From the NCBI GenBank assembly GCA_002189035.1, contig CM007989.1, positions 4,154,001 to 4,218,000 on the forward strand: 64,000 nucleotides of DNA, in the 5' to 3' direction. The DNA is from Utricularia gibba. Its lineage: Eukaryota; Plantae; Magnoliophyta. Made by a program: the position numbers and the translations under genes. The notes under the pieces were generated by a model. The model saw only the letters and a list, made by a program, of their open reading frames with translations, was not told the DNA's origin and made no database searches. Below, piece by piece: positions 25,619 to 38,107 of the stretch; the first letter of the stretch is position 1, and the number at the start of each line of letters is the position of its first letter.

Positions 25619-28600
25619 TTAGGCGTAGAACTTCCTTAGATGGGATGCGTTCCACGACCTTGGGAGTTCCACGCCATCTAATTGTTCCAGGCGATATGCT
25701 CCTTTTCCGATCACCCTTGAAATCCGATAAGGGCCTTCCCAGTTGCGGTCTAATTTCCTAATGTGTCTTTGCGGTTGGACGCTTCGGAGCACCAAATCTC
25801 CCTCATGGAATTCCCTTAGGGATACCGAGTTGTTGTAACTTTTCTCCGTTCTTCTCTGATAAGCACCTAGTCGGCTATAGATGCTTCGTCGCTTCTCTTC
25901 CAACAGCTCCAATTCAAGTTTTCGGAGTTTAGTATTCTCTTCTTCATTATAATGCTCTACCCGGTAGCTCTTCAAGGTCAGTTCGATAGGGCATATGGCT
26001 TCTGAACCGTAAACCAATAAGAATGGGGACTCTTCCGTGGTGGTTTGAGGGGTAGTATGATATGACCACAGTAACTCATCTAAGCGATCTGCCCACGACC
26101 CCCAAAATCTTCGAGCTTAGTCTTCATACCTAATCGGAGCGTTCGGTTCATTACCTCTATGAGGCCATTGCTCTGCGGGTGATATACCGAGGTGAAGTTG
26201 TGCTTGACCGAATACTTATCCAGGAATGCATCCGTTTTTCCTCCGGCGAATTGAGTTATGTTATCAGTCACTAGTTCTCGAGGGATTCCAAACCAGATGA
26301 AGATGTTTTTCCACAGAAATCGGATAACGGTCTCCTTTGAAATCTTTGCCACGGCTTCAGCCTCTACCCACTTGGAAAAATACTCGACACCCACGATGAC
26401 GAATTTCCTTTGACCCGAGGTGTGGGGAAAAGGCCCCATTATATCCACCCCCCATCGGTCGAAGGGGCAGGAGAGTGGGAGAGAGGTTAGTTTGCTTACT
26501 GGTTTCCTCGGTATACTTGCATGGTATTGGCACACTTTGCACTTCTTCACCATATCGGTAATATCCTGCTTCATAGTTGGTCAGTAGTACCCGGTTCTTA
26601 GAACTTTCCGGCATAAGGATCGTATTCCTATATGGCTGCCGCATTCACCCTCATGTAGATCGGTTATGAGTTCTTGAGAATGCTTTGCCCCGATACACCT
26701 CAATAAGGGTCCATCTAAGGATTTGCGATAGAGAATTCCATTCACTAACGTATACCTCTTCACGCTAGTCTCTAACTATCGGGCATTCGGCTTATCAGGT
26801 GGGGTTTTCTCATTTTGTAAATACCGGATGTAGGGCATCGTCCAGTCATCAAGGGGACTCAGTTGTGGAGAGATATCGTTTCCCGGTTGTTGTGTGATAT
26901 GATTTACGGCTCGTAGGCTCACCGAAGGTCGGTCCCGCAACCGAATTGTCACACTTCCTTCCCTTAACTCGTGAAACCCTGCTGCGAATCGGGCGAGGCT
27001 ATCTGCGGACCCATTTTTCTCACGTGCTACGTGTGATAGGGTGAACTCCTTGAAGGTTTTAGCCAAGTCCTTCACCTGGGCACGGTACAGAGCCATGAGG
27101 GAGTCATGGGTTTCGTATTCTCCCGAAAACTGCCCTTGCACAAGTCGCGAATCGGTGTAAACATCGAGTTCTGCCACTCCTAGCTCCTTGGCAATTTTCA
27201 TTCCCTCAATCAGGGCTTCATATTCGGCCACATTGTTAGAGGCAGGGAATAAGAATTTCACCGTAATATAAATATGCTCTCCTTCTCGGGTCTTAATGTC
27301 TATTCCTCCTCCGGCACCGTTGTATGTTGAGCCATCCACTTGCATAGCCATCGGTCGTTGGCTTCCATGAAACAATCTATAGGCCAGGTCATTTCGACCA
27401 CAAAATCAGCAAGAGGTTGGGCCTTGATTGTTGTTCTCGACTTAAACTCAATATCCATTATGCTTAATTCAACTGCCCATTTGGCAACCCTTCCGGAAAT
27501 CTCTGGACGAGACAGGATGTTCTTCAGAGGCTGATTGTGAATACCACAATGTGCCGATCTTGGAAATATGACCTCAATTTGGTGGCTGCCATCTTTAGAG
27601 CCAAGATGAATTTCTCTGTCACTGTATAGCGGGTTTCGGCCGGTAACAAAACTTTGCTTACATAATACACCGGCAAATGACTATTTGCCGAGATGGTTGT
27701 CAAGACTGCATTGACTGCGACGAGCGATATAGACAGATATAGTCCTAAGGGCTCCCCTGCTTTCGGAGCCACAAGAAGCAGGAGTGATGAGAGGTATTCC
27801 TTGAGTTTCTCAAAAGCAATCTGGCAATCCTCGTTCCATTCTAAAGTACTTCCCTTTCGCAAGACCTTGAAGAAGGATGCCGACTTATCGGCTGACTGAG
27901 ATATGAAACGGCTGAGGGCAGCCAATTTACCCGTGAGGCTCTGGTATTCCTTGATTGTCCTCGAAGGTTGCATTTCGCATATTGCCTTAATCTTCTCGGG
28001 TCAGCCTCGATTCCTCTCTCCGATATGTAATACCCAAGGAATTTTCCACTTTGCACCCCGAAACAACATTTCAATGGGTTGAGCTTTAACCCGTATGACC
28101 GACATAAAGAGAAACACGAATCCAAATACGCTAAATGGTCTTCTTCATTCATAGATTTCACGATCATATCGTCCACATACACCTCCATTGAGGTACTGAT
28201 TTCAGAAGAGAATATTTTATTTACCAACCTCTGGTAAGTCGCCCCAACGTTCTTCAATCCGAAAGGCATTGCCACGTAGCAGTAAACTCCATCCTTAGTG
28301 TAGAAGGTGGTTTTCGGTTGGTCTTTCTCGGCCACGAAAATTTGATGATACCCCGAATAGGCATCCATGGTGCTAAGAAATCGGGATCCGGCAATGGCGT
28401 CCACTAGCTTGTCGATCTTTGGCAAAGGATAAGGGTCCCTTTCGCAGCAGGCGTTGAGGTCGGTGAAGTCAATGCACATCCTCCATTTTCCCCCGGGCTT
28501 CAGGACGACGACCGGGTTGGCTACCCATTCGGAGTAATGGATCTCCTTCACATAACCAGCTTCCAAGAGCTCTCTTGTTTTTTCTTTGATAATTTGGCAC

Positions 28601-30787
28601 TTTTCCTCTGAGAAATGTCGTTGCTTCTGCCGAATCGGTTTTGCCCCGGGTAGGTATCAATGTGATGTTCGGCGACGGATCGATCAATGCCTACAAAATC
28701 CGCAGCAGTCCAGGAAAAAATATCGGTGTTCTTCATCAAAAGTTCAACTAACCTTTTCTCGAATCTAGCGTCTAGATTGGCACCGACGCGGGTGGCTTTC
28801 TGCGCATCTTCTGGTATTAGTTGCATCGACTTGTACCCTACTGGTTCCATCGCTTGTCTAGGGGGTTCCTTTTCTACCATCATTACTCTCGACTTCTTCA
28901 TGCAGGGGTCCCGACAAGAAGATACATAACAGGATCGGGCGGTGGATTGGTCGATACCCATCGTGCAAATGCCCTTCGATGTTGGGAATTTGATTTTCAA
29001 ATGCACAGTGGAGGATAACATACCGAATTGGTTGATGCCGGGTCGCCCGAGGATGATGTTGTACGAGATCTCTGAATCCAGGATTAAGAATTCCAACCTT
29101 TCGGTTCGGCTCCGCCCTGCCACTCCGAATGTTACGGGCAGGGTTATTTTCCCGATAGTTTGCACGGCCCGCTAGTCGAATGCGTATAACTCCATGCGCA
29201 CATGACGAATATTTCCCTCGTTAGATGATGCCAGTAACTCGGCCACTTCCTTCTTCATGATGTTGCATGAGGATCCTTGATCGACAAGAATCCTCCTTAC
29301 CTTGGTGCTCCCACACATTCCTGACACCACCAAGGGCTCATCTCTCGCGGCTGGGCCAACCGGGTCATCTCTGCTGGAGATGCTGATCTCTTCCTTTTCC
29401 CAAGCAGCTTTCTCAGTCGGATCATTTCCGATTTCGAAAACTTCTCTTCTGACTTCATCCAAATATCTCTTCCTTTCCTTTCCGGACACATCCATCTCGG
29501 TTCCTCCAGATATCATATGGATTTCCCGAATATAGGGGGACTACCTTGCATTTGATGGGCACTCCGTGAACTTTCCGGTATGTCTTGTCCTTCTCCAAGA
29601 TTCGGTTCCCTGTTGGCTCGCGAGTTCGCCATCCCCGGTTTCGGAGAGAATTTCAGATATCGGTTCTCCTCGTTCCCCGTTCGCTCGTTACGTCCTCTTT
29701 TCCGGTCCATCATTGATGTGGGGTTCCGCATCGCGTTGTTCATCCCTCGACCAGCATGATACTGCTCAATCATCCTCTTCATCAATCGGCAGTGAGCAGT
29801 ATCATGCCCGGTGGTCTTGTGTATTTCGCAGCAGGCATTTGTTCTGGTTGGTTCCACCTGATATACTTCACGGCACTTATTCGGCCTGGGTCCCCGGTTA
29901 AGTTGGGTCTCCTGCTGTGGGACTGGACGAATCTCCATGCGGCTTTTCATCTCGGCCCTGAGGTCGTCATCCACTCGGATGTACTTCATGATTTTCCTTA
30001 GCAATTCTCCGAGATTCTTTGGTGGGGACTTCGATAGGCTATGTCCCAATTTCGACGTTCCTAAGGCCCGCTTCATTATTTCCACCCTTTCTTTTAAATC
30101 CAATTGGACATCTTGCGCCAAGCAGTTGAATCGATCGATGAATCTTCGCAAGCTCTCTTTTCGGTGGTCATACCGAATAGAGTATAGTGATGCCTTCGAA
30201 GGTGCTTCAATGTTAACAGCGTATCGGGTAGTGAAGAGCAGTATTAATTCCCGATAAGATGCCACGCTGCATGGTTCCAACTGTTTAAACCAAGTCTTCG
30301 CTCCTTTCTGGAGCGAGCAAGCAAACAGCTTACACTTCATGGCCTCTGAATGTCGAACTGTGGACATCCTCATATCGAAGTCGGTTACATGCGATATGGG
30401 GTCCCCTTTTTCGTCATACGTGGGTAATCCGTCCGGGACCCTAAATCCTCTCTCGGGCTCTTCTCCGACTAAATCGTCCGAGAAAGGGTCAAAATGTAGC
30501 ATTGTGGTTCCAGCTGCTCCCTCAACTCCACTCTTCAAGGCCAAAGCAATATCGATCAAAACATCTCCTCTTCCAGTGGATACGTTCTGATCGAAAACGT
30601 CCCTGAAGCCTCTATCCTCTCTTCTTCCTGCCAACGTCCGCTTGTCGATAAACCTTTTCCTTTCGCGGATTTGGTCTAACTCTCTTTTCAACTCTTTTTC
30701 TCTTTCTTCCAAGATTTTGCTAGTCATGTTCTCCCTGTCAGTTCCTGGCTCATACACGACTTGGTTGCGCCTCTTTCTCCGCAGCAT
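25619..30787 (-). pseudogene. Tat gag-pol polyprotein, with in-frame stops and -1 frameshifts
   Basis: gag; zinc knuckle CEIHKTTGHDTAHC; protease RRILVDQGSS; RT KWRMCIDFTDLN...YVDDMIV; RNase H PVYYVSKVL; second archaeal-type RNase H QVDGS...ASNNVAEYEALIEG...VYTDS; integrase HEGECGSH...CKVC, WGVDIMGP, HPQSNGLIE. Confidence 0.93.
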
Positions 30788-31115
30788 TTCCTCCTCGGTT
30801 TCGGATTCAGTCTCCGTATCTGGGGGTACTCCGAAATAAGAGGTTGCTTCCCTGTTTGTGGTGCAGTTTCAGGTGTTCTCTCCTAGGCGTTGGAGTTGAG
30901 ACCTGAAGGTTCCCGGAGGTCGGTAAGGATTTCCGTTAGTAGGGCCTTCAGTTGCTCCCTGCTAGTGATCATAAGGCCGGGATCTCGAGCGTCGGCACTT
31001 CTGTCATGAGCCGAGTCGGTGGCTGTGCTATTTTCCGCCATGACTCGTGATTAGCGAGTGGCTCCTGTGGGTTTAATGGGACTGTGGAACGTAGCCCCAC
31101 GGTGGGCGCCAAATA

Positions 31116-31647
31116 TGTTATGGGTGAAATCGGTATTCGGTGAGAGGCCGATTTTAGGTGATAGGCGTGGTCGGGAATGCCACACTTAGTCACCTTCTTC
31201 ACGTCTAGTACGATTAAAATAGAAGTGAACATGGATTTTTTACGTGGAAACCGCCGGAGAGCGGAAAAACCACGGAGCTACCGGAGCTCGCCGGAAAAGA
31301 GTTTCACTAGGTGGAGGTCGCGAAAAAGGAGAATACAATTTGAAGAAATCTTTTTTTGAGTCCAACCCCTTTCTTGTCATCATTCCGTCTATTTATAGGA
31401 GAGCTCACTCTAACCGAATTCTAGTGTCTGCAAACATTGGTTGCTTTCTGCTCCTGCTATACGATCTCGCTTTTCAAATATCGGCCGCCTGTTATGCCGT
31501 AATTCGGCCGCTTATCAGGCTGTGTCATATGGCCATACCTGTCAAATTTCTGACAGACGTCGATCTGTCGTCTGGCATTATCCCCTTGGGATCTCTTTTG
31601 GCAGCCTTTTAGGAACCGATTACCCTTGGCCGATTTTTCCCTTATCA
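31116..31647 (-). repeat. gypsy 5' LTR (element on - strand)
   Basis: Adjacent to the PBS; flanked by TSD ATCAA. Confidence 0.95.
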
Positions 31648-31836
31648 ATCAAAAAATTTTAAAAACTCAAATTTAGAACGGACAATTTCGTTTGTTATTT
31701 TATGTTTTTTTTTCTAGTCAGTTGTGTCTCGCAAAAAAACCACGGTACTGTACTGTCCAAAAGACGAGGCAAAATATTAACTCACGCGAGTATGTGCGTG
31801 AGGTTGCTCTCTCAAAAAAATTCGACAGGTTACTTT

Positions 31837-31888
31837 GTCCCACATCGGAAGTTAGAAGTATATGGGCTTCTCTCACAATAGTTATAAT
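31837..31888 (+). promoter_or_regulatory. Plant snRNA Pol II promoter: USE (GTCCCACATCG 31837-31847) and TATA (about 31883-31887)
   Basis: Perfect RTCCCACATCG. The USE-TATA gap of about 35 nt is Pol II-type spacing. Confidence 0.9.
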
Positions 31889-31913
31889 CTGATGACCTTC
31901 GGGCTAAAAACTC

Positions 31914-32109
31914 ATACCTTTCTCGGCCTTTTGGCTAAGATCAAGTGTAGTATCTGTTCTTATCAATTTAATATCTGATACGTGGGCCAATGGCCCACAC
32001 GATATTAAATTAATTTTTATCGGGGGGAGGGTCCAATGGGTCAGCTTGCTGGCTCGGGCTCTCACGCGTCGCCATTGTGTTGCACTACTGCTCTGGCCTG
32101 GCGTACCCC
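31914..32109 (+). ncRNA. U2: U2 spliceosomal snRNA
   Basis: ATACCTTTCTCGGCCTTTTGGCTAAGATCAAGTGTAGTATCTGTTCTTATC matches the plant U2 5' end; branch-recognition GTAGTA at 31947-31952; Sm-like AATTTTTA; stem-loop IV TTGCACTACTGC. Confidence 0.97.
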
Positions 32110-32112
32110 TCC

Positions 32113-32125
32113 CAACCGAGTCCAA
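32113..32125 (+). terminator. snRNA 3' box CA(N4)AGTNNAA
   Basis: CA-ACCG-AGT-CC-AA directly after U2 matches the plant 3' box consensus. Confidence 0.8.
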
Positions 32126-33205
32126 AATTTCATATTTTGTGCGTAAAATCGCGCACTTTGCATGGATTTTACTCTTCATTAAGCCTTAATAAAACTCAAG
32201 GTCAAGGTGGGGTTCGGTTCACAAAAGCTCTATGGTTTGTGAATATCTAATCACATTCACTTATTTATTTACTTGGTTGTAATCATTATTATTTGAGTTT
32301 TTTTATTACTCAAGACAACCCTTTTTTTCATTGCCACTTTGAGCTCCATTTCCTTCTTCATCATTGCTTTTCTTATTAACAGGATGGGTATTAAAGCCAA
32401 TGTCACTCAGGTTTGTCTAACCTTCTTCTTCTTTTTTCAGAAACTTATATAGAAAAAAATTGAATATGGGTGGCCTTAGGAATTAGTGAAAGTCGATCAC
32501 CTTTCCCTTTCTGAAGAACTAGACTCGTCACAGCTTATTTACTTGTGGGCTTGTCATGTATGAGAGCAGCCACATTTCTTCAATCGGATACAGAGTATTC
32601 CCAGGTGGTGGGTGTCTTCGGATACACGTAGTGCACTGTAGTTGATCAAATGCTGTTTTACCCAAGCTGATATCACCCGCGATACGAAATTCGTAATAGG
32701 TGCAGCAGTTGGCGACAGAATGTATTCCAGGTGAATGCAATGGATTTAGATCACCTCCATTCTTTTTCTGCAATCGGATTATCATCTCCTGCATCTTGTT
32801 TTTTCTAAACTTCTTAATCTGCAGGTTGGCCAAGGACAGCTGGGTCCTTATTTGGGGAGTAACTGTGAAAAATACCCACAGCATACGTATTTTCGGATCA
32901 TGGAAATGATCTTGGGAGTTTCAAGACGTGAAGGGAAACCCCACCGAGGTGCACAGACGAGCCATGGCTCTGGATTAGTTCGTGGAGTATGCTGTGGATC
33001 ACAACTCACGTTCCAAGAGATAGCTCCATGTTTTTTTCATCATTCTGTGGTGCTGACATGAATGAAGCTTGACAAGTAGCCGGCAACAAGTTCCTGTATT
33101 TTTCATATTCTAAACTGAAGAATAATACAATACATAGGCTGTGTTTGCTATTCGGTAAGATGCTTGTTTGAAGCAAACTACGCAAGAAGACTCCAGGCTA
33201 TCTTT

Positions 33206-34072
33206 CTATATACCCAATTCGGATTTCAGTCGTGCGAGTGCAGCTTCAATGTCATCTATGCTGGAGTCCTCCTCACTTGTCTCTGGTGTTGTTCCCTTGT
33301 TCACAGTATCAGATTCTCTCTCAGCATCTGAAATGTTGAGTTCTTTCTCCAAGAACTCAACGAACTCCTCTCCGATCTCCTGCAGAATGGAGAAACAGTA
33401 TTCATCATTTAGGAGTGAACATGAAGCTCAAGTGCTTTCTGCATTTGCAGCAGCAACTCACCGCCAGCTCTTGCCACAAACTCTTGGGTTTTTCTTGTTT
33501 TGTTGCTTCCCAGTTGCGAAATTCTTCCTGAATATCTCTCAGGAAGTCCCCTGGAGGTGAAAATGAGTAAGCCTCAGCTCAGCATCTCCTTTTATGTACA
33601 GTATACTGAAAAGAAGCAGTAGCAGCAACACTACCAAAACCATAGAATTCATCCTGGGCTTGGCTTGGCGCAGCCCCTGTTTGATACTGTGAACTAGAAA
33701 ACCCAGATCTGTGATTCCCCGATTTACGATTCAGGATCGTGTTATAAGCATGCTTTATCCTTGTGAATTTCTCCTGTGCATCAGCCTACGCAGATCCTCA
33801 ATCAATCGACTCAGCTCATATGAAGAAAACAGAAGAAAGAAACAACGGAAAGGTACCTCCTTATTCACATCAGGATGGTACTTGAGAGCAAGTCTACGAT
33901 AAGCTTTCTTGACATCATCGATTGAAGCTGTGGTGGGAACGCCCAATACCTGGTACGGAGATGGAGAATCCGATTTTTCCCGCGCACTGGCTCGTACGGA
34001 GAAGTTTACAGCAGGCTTTGTTCTCATCCACATCGGAGAAACCATAGCAGGGCGACGGAGGACGGGGGGCAT
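33206..34072 (-). CDS. J-domain (DnaJ) protein with a probable plastid transit peptide, multi-exon
   Basis: SPYQVLGV...[19 protein letters not shown]|[19 protein letters not shown] (HPD motif). C-terminal [13 protein letters not shown]...[18 protein letters not shown] exons join in frame. Confidence 0.88.
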
Positions 34073-34416
34073 ATGAAGTGGAGGAAATTACTTCTTACGG
34101 ACGCGAACGAGGTTATCGTTGGCGACGAAATCGATGGTGCGTTCAATAAGACATGGAATCGATCCATATACAAAACCGAAACGGCGGATTCCGGTGAGCT
34201 TGCAGAAATTGGGGCCGCGCCGGAATCTGGTCGGTTGCCCTGCCATTATTTTAGATATTAAAAACATTTTAAGAAAAACATTTTTAATGAAGTTTTATAC
34301 TCATTAATTTAAATAATTAAAATCAGAAAGAAAATACTAGCTCCTTTGGCTATCATTATCCTTTGCCCTAAATCCCCAAATTCTCTTCCTCGGCTGCAGA
34401 AACCGATAAACGGAAA

Positions 34417-34677
34417 ATGGTGCGAGGATCGAGGACACTGTTGAGATGCGACGGCGGCAGGATAAGCGCCGATCTGCTGAAGATCCTCGTTTGTCCGCTT
34501 TCCAAACAGCCCCTGCGGCTCTGCCTGAAGACGAATTCGCTAATAAGCGACTCCATCGGTGTCTCTTACCCCATTGTCGACGGGATCCCCCAGCTCGTCC
34601 CCTCGGACGGCAAAGTCCTCTCCGACGATGACGCTCCAGATTCTGCTGTAAGAGTGACCCCCAGTTCTGAAAATTAG
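34417..34677 (+). CDS. Trm112-like / PREY (PYURF, UPF0434) small protein, 86 aa
   Basis: LLKILVCPLSKQPL...SYPIVDGIPQLVP is the Trm112p/UPF0434 signature. Confidence 0.88.
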   Translation: MVRGSRTLLRCDGGRISADLLKILVCPLSKQPLRLCLKTNSLISDSIGVSYPIVDGIPQLVPSDGKVLSDDDAPDSAVRVTPSSEN

Positions 34678-36008
34678 GTATTGGGGCTGCCATGGTACTG
34701 GAGTTGCTTTTCTTGTCCAATGAAACAACTTGGCATTGTAGCTTCATCATTGTGCCTATTCATTCTTCACTGAACTTGAATAGAATAGTTGGCTGTGGCC
34801 ATGTTTCACATTGAAAAAGTTCCTGGTTGCCAAATGCATAAACATCATCCTGGAAATCCATGTTTGCAGCTGCTGTGTTTGATGCTGGAGCTAAGTGTTT
34901 GATGCTGGAGCTCTCAATCTTTCAGTTTCATAGGTTGGGAGCTTGATGTGAATCAGTCTCTTGGTTCAGAGTCCACGCTGTGTGCCTTGATAGTTACATC
35001 TGCCTCTTGATATGGCGTTTATCCCACCGATAGCATGTCTGAAATTTGCTTGCTTCAAACCGCAAAAGCACCAAGAAGCAGCAAGAAAGAAGCTTGGATT
35101 AGCTCACACCGGTACCTCAGCCAAAAAAGGAGACCCCTCGATGAATCCCATTTCCCTCAAGGGGGCTGGAAAATCTTCCAAACATTAATGGTGATAATGG
35201 TTTCTATTTCTAAAAATTATGAATAATTTTTGTTTAAAAAAGGAATATAAATATAAAAAACTGTAATTCAACTTCTATTTTACTAAATTATTCTTTGAAA
35301 ATTAATCTTTGTAAAATAAAATATAACGTAAAGTATTTTTCTATTTAGTTACATTTATTCCCGCATCCCTAAACTATGAAAGGCGTCACTCTCTTGATGA
35401 GAATCTTATAATATACTTATAATTTGCAAAATATTCTTTCTTTCAATTAAAGAATTTTTATATTTTTTTAAATAAATTTACCAAAATTAGTAATATTTTA
35501 TGTACATTTACTAAAATCTATCAATAAATATAGTTTTAATTATAGTTATATACCAGTTATTTATTTAAATATAAATAATTTAAATAGATATATCTTGTTG
35601 AATAACATCCCTATACTCCACAATAACCATCTCTTCTGGGAGAAGTTGTTTATGCGAAAAAGGGTGAATCTTGAGGTTCTTTATTTAAGGAAGGTGGCGT
35701 CTGTAGGAAATGTAGGAGAAGCCAGATGTGGTGATGCCAACAGTTGCTGCTGAGTAAATGTGAAAGGCCAGAAAACAGCAGCTTCATTCAATTCTGTAGG
35801 TAAGCCCATGCAAAAGGTTGCTTTTTTCTGTGCCATCTCTGGGCTTTAGGATTTCTCTTTATAGTCTCAAGGCCCGGCTGCTCGTCTTTTCCATTTTCTG
35901 CGACTTTCCATTTTAGCCAAATCTATGGGGATCTTCTTAGTTGGCGGTTGCTGGGTCTTGGACGGATAATAGAACAGAGGAAAAAGGAAGGCGAGGAGAA
36001 GGGGAGTG

Positions 36009-37470
36009 ATGGGTCGAGGGAAGATCGAGATTAAGAAAATCGAGAATGCGAACAGTCGTCAGGTTACTTTCACCAAGCGCCGCGCAGGCTTGTTAAAGAA
36101 GGCTCGTGAACTCGCGATTCTCTGCGACGCTGAAGTTGCTGTTATTATATTTTCCAGCACCGGAAAGATTTTCGATTTTGCTAGTTCGAGGTTTTCTTGC
36201 ATGCCCCCCCCCCCCCCCCCCCCACCCCCTTCTTTTTCTCTTCTTTCCCGTCTCTGCATGTCGTTCTTGCTTTTTGATTCGCTCCAGTCCTCTTTCTTTT
36301 TTATAATTCCTCTGTGGAATCACTAGCTAGGTTTCTGGTTTCATGAGGGTAGCCTTACTCTGCTATCCAGATGCAGTTAATGTGTTGATAAACTCTGTTC
36401 AAAGTTCTAGTCTTTTGTTACTTATATTCTGTTGTTGCCTTCTTTTTATAAATTGAAATTGTGAATGGATCATTGGGTATGACAACTTCTTGAAGGTTTC
36501 ATTGTTGAACCAGTTTCTAAATCCTGGTTGCTCTGATGTAGCGTTCTCTAAAACATTTGCAGCATGGAAAGAACGCTCTCGAGGTACAAGGACCGCGTTT
36601 CCAGTCCTCGTGAAGATAACTCAAGTGAGGTATGTAATCTGTTGTTATTTGCCTCATTGGTTTCCAATGTGGATCTACTGATGCGTTCTGCATCTGTGTT
36701 GTTATATATTGTAAAGCCGAAGAAGCAAACCAGTGAAGAACTCCAGAGCCTAAGAGAGGAAATAGCAAAACTCAAAGCAAGCCACATGTATGGTTTTCTG
36801 TATGATAACCACAAGAATTTCCGTTTGAGTTGAATCGTTTCGATACCTTGCAGGCGATTGTTGGGAAAGGACTTGAGAGATCTGGACTTGAATGAATTGT
36901 CTGATGTTGAACAGAAACTCAACACTGGGCTGATGAGTATAAAGGAGAGAAAGGTTTGGCAGATTTCAGGAATTACCATTTTGAAACTTGTGTGTTTGAT
37001 CATGTTGGTAACATGGATTTCTTTGTGAAGGAGCAATTACTATTACAACAACTTGAGCAGTTTCACGAAAGAGTAAGAAATCTTGGCATCTCCTTCTGAT
37101 GCTTTCTATCTGGTTGATGAGTAGCTAACTGATTCAAACAAAATGTTGCAGGAGAAAAAATGTCAGCTAGAGAACGAAACCTTACGCAGACAGGTAACAA
37201 AAGAAGGCATTTCCCTCAGCCGAGTTAACAATGGAATGAACCAGTAGCTTATCTGGTTGATAATGGCTTAAAGGTAGAGCTGCTGGGAGCTTTGTTACCA
37301 AAGGAATCCTGTGAAACCGGCGGCAGAGGCGAGGAAGACGAGCAGTCTGATACCTCCCTCCACTTGAGGTGCCTGCACACGCAACACTTCTAGCTCTACC
37401 ATCCCTTCGCAGCTCATCATTTTTCTGCTTCTGCAGGCTCTCATACGGACGCGAGGGCGGTGCGGCGTAG
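36009..37470 (+). CDS. MIKC MADS-box transcription factor, AGL15/AGL18 clade, 8 exons, 210 aa
   Basis: MADS box [53 protein letters not shown]. Exons 36009-36190, 36563-36629, 36717-36787, 36854-36953, 37031-37072, 37152-37193, 37274-37368, 37437-37470 (canonical 100/42/42-nt K exons). C-terminal SDTSLHLRL is an EAR-like motif. Confidence 0.9.
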
Positions 37471-37894
37471 CCGTCTGAATTCAACAGCCATACATCACAA
37501 GGCCGCATTTTGATTCAAGGGGTAGTGTTTTGCACATCATTTTGGACAGTGAGTCATGGCTTGAATCTCTGTCTCGTGGATTCCTTTACTAATACTACTG
37601 TGAGTATCAACATCCAGACGCCCAGAGAGCCATTTTCTGTGCCCCAACATACGCCCTGAATAGCAAGGTTATATATAGTAAGCCATTACATGGTTAAAAC
37701 ACAAGGGACATTATAATGCACAGGAAAGTTTGAGGTTATCCCATTTTCACGTACGAGAGGGGAAGCGCAGTGCCCTTTTCTCCCTCTATAAGAGGGGCCC
37801 TTGATCTCCTCGATTCACAGGGCAGCAAGCCATCCTCGTCCACAGAGTGCAGGATTCGACGAATAGCATCCATCGTTCACCGGATTTTCCACCC

Positions 37895-38107
37895 ATGGAC
37901 ATGAAGACGGTCGTTTTCGCTGCCGCCGTGGCCACAGCGGCCTCCCTCGCAGCCGCAACGGGCGGTGCCGTGGAGGCGCCTGATGCCGCGTCACCGATCC
38001 CGGTGCAGACCAGCGATGCCTTGCCGTTACTTGGATCCCTCCTCGGAGCCTTCGTTGCTTCCCTGGTCGCCGTGTACATGCCTTGGAACTATGGATCCAG
38101 GACATGA
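37895..38107 (+). CDS. Arabinogalactan peptide (AG-peptide, AGP23-like), 70 aa
   Basis: MDMK signal peptide, short EAPDAASP core, hydrophobic LPLLGSLLGAFVASLVAVY tail; TATAAG about 110 nt upstream. Confidence 0.75.
   Translation: MDMKTVVFAAAVATAASLAAATGGAVEAPDAASPIPVQTSDALPLLGSLLGAFVASLVAVYMPWNYGSRT

Larger units (their letters stand above)
21573..31647 (-). mobile_element. Ty3/gypsy LTR retrotransposon, Tat clade (Retand-like), 10075 bp
   Basis: 532-bp TG...CA LTRs at 21573-22104 and 31116-31647; 5-bp TSD ATCAA (21568-21572, 31648-31652); PBS TGGCGCCCACCGTGGGGC on - (31094-31111, tRNA-Lys-like); order gag-PR-RT-RH-extra RNase H-INT; extra antisense ORF in the 3' region. Confidence 0.95.

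Noticed and set aside
32528-33061. 118-aa minus-strand ORF and overlapping + ORFs downstream of DnaJ
   Set aside because: No recognisable motif or supporting splice structure; probably 3' UTR or intergenic.
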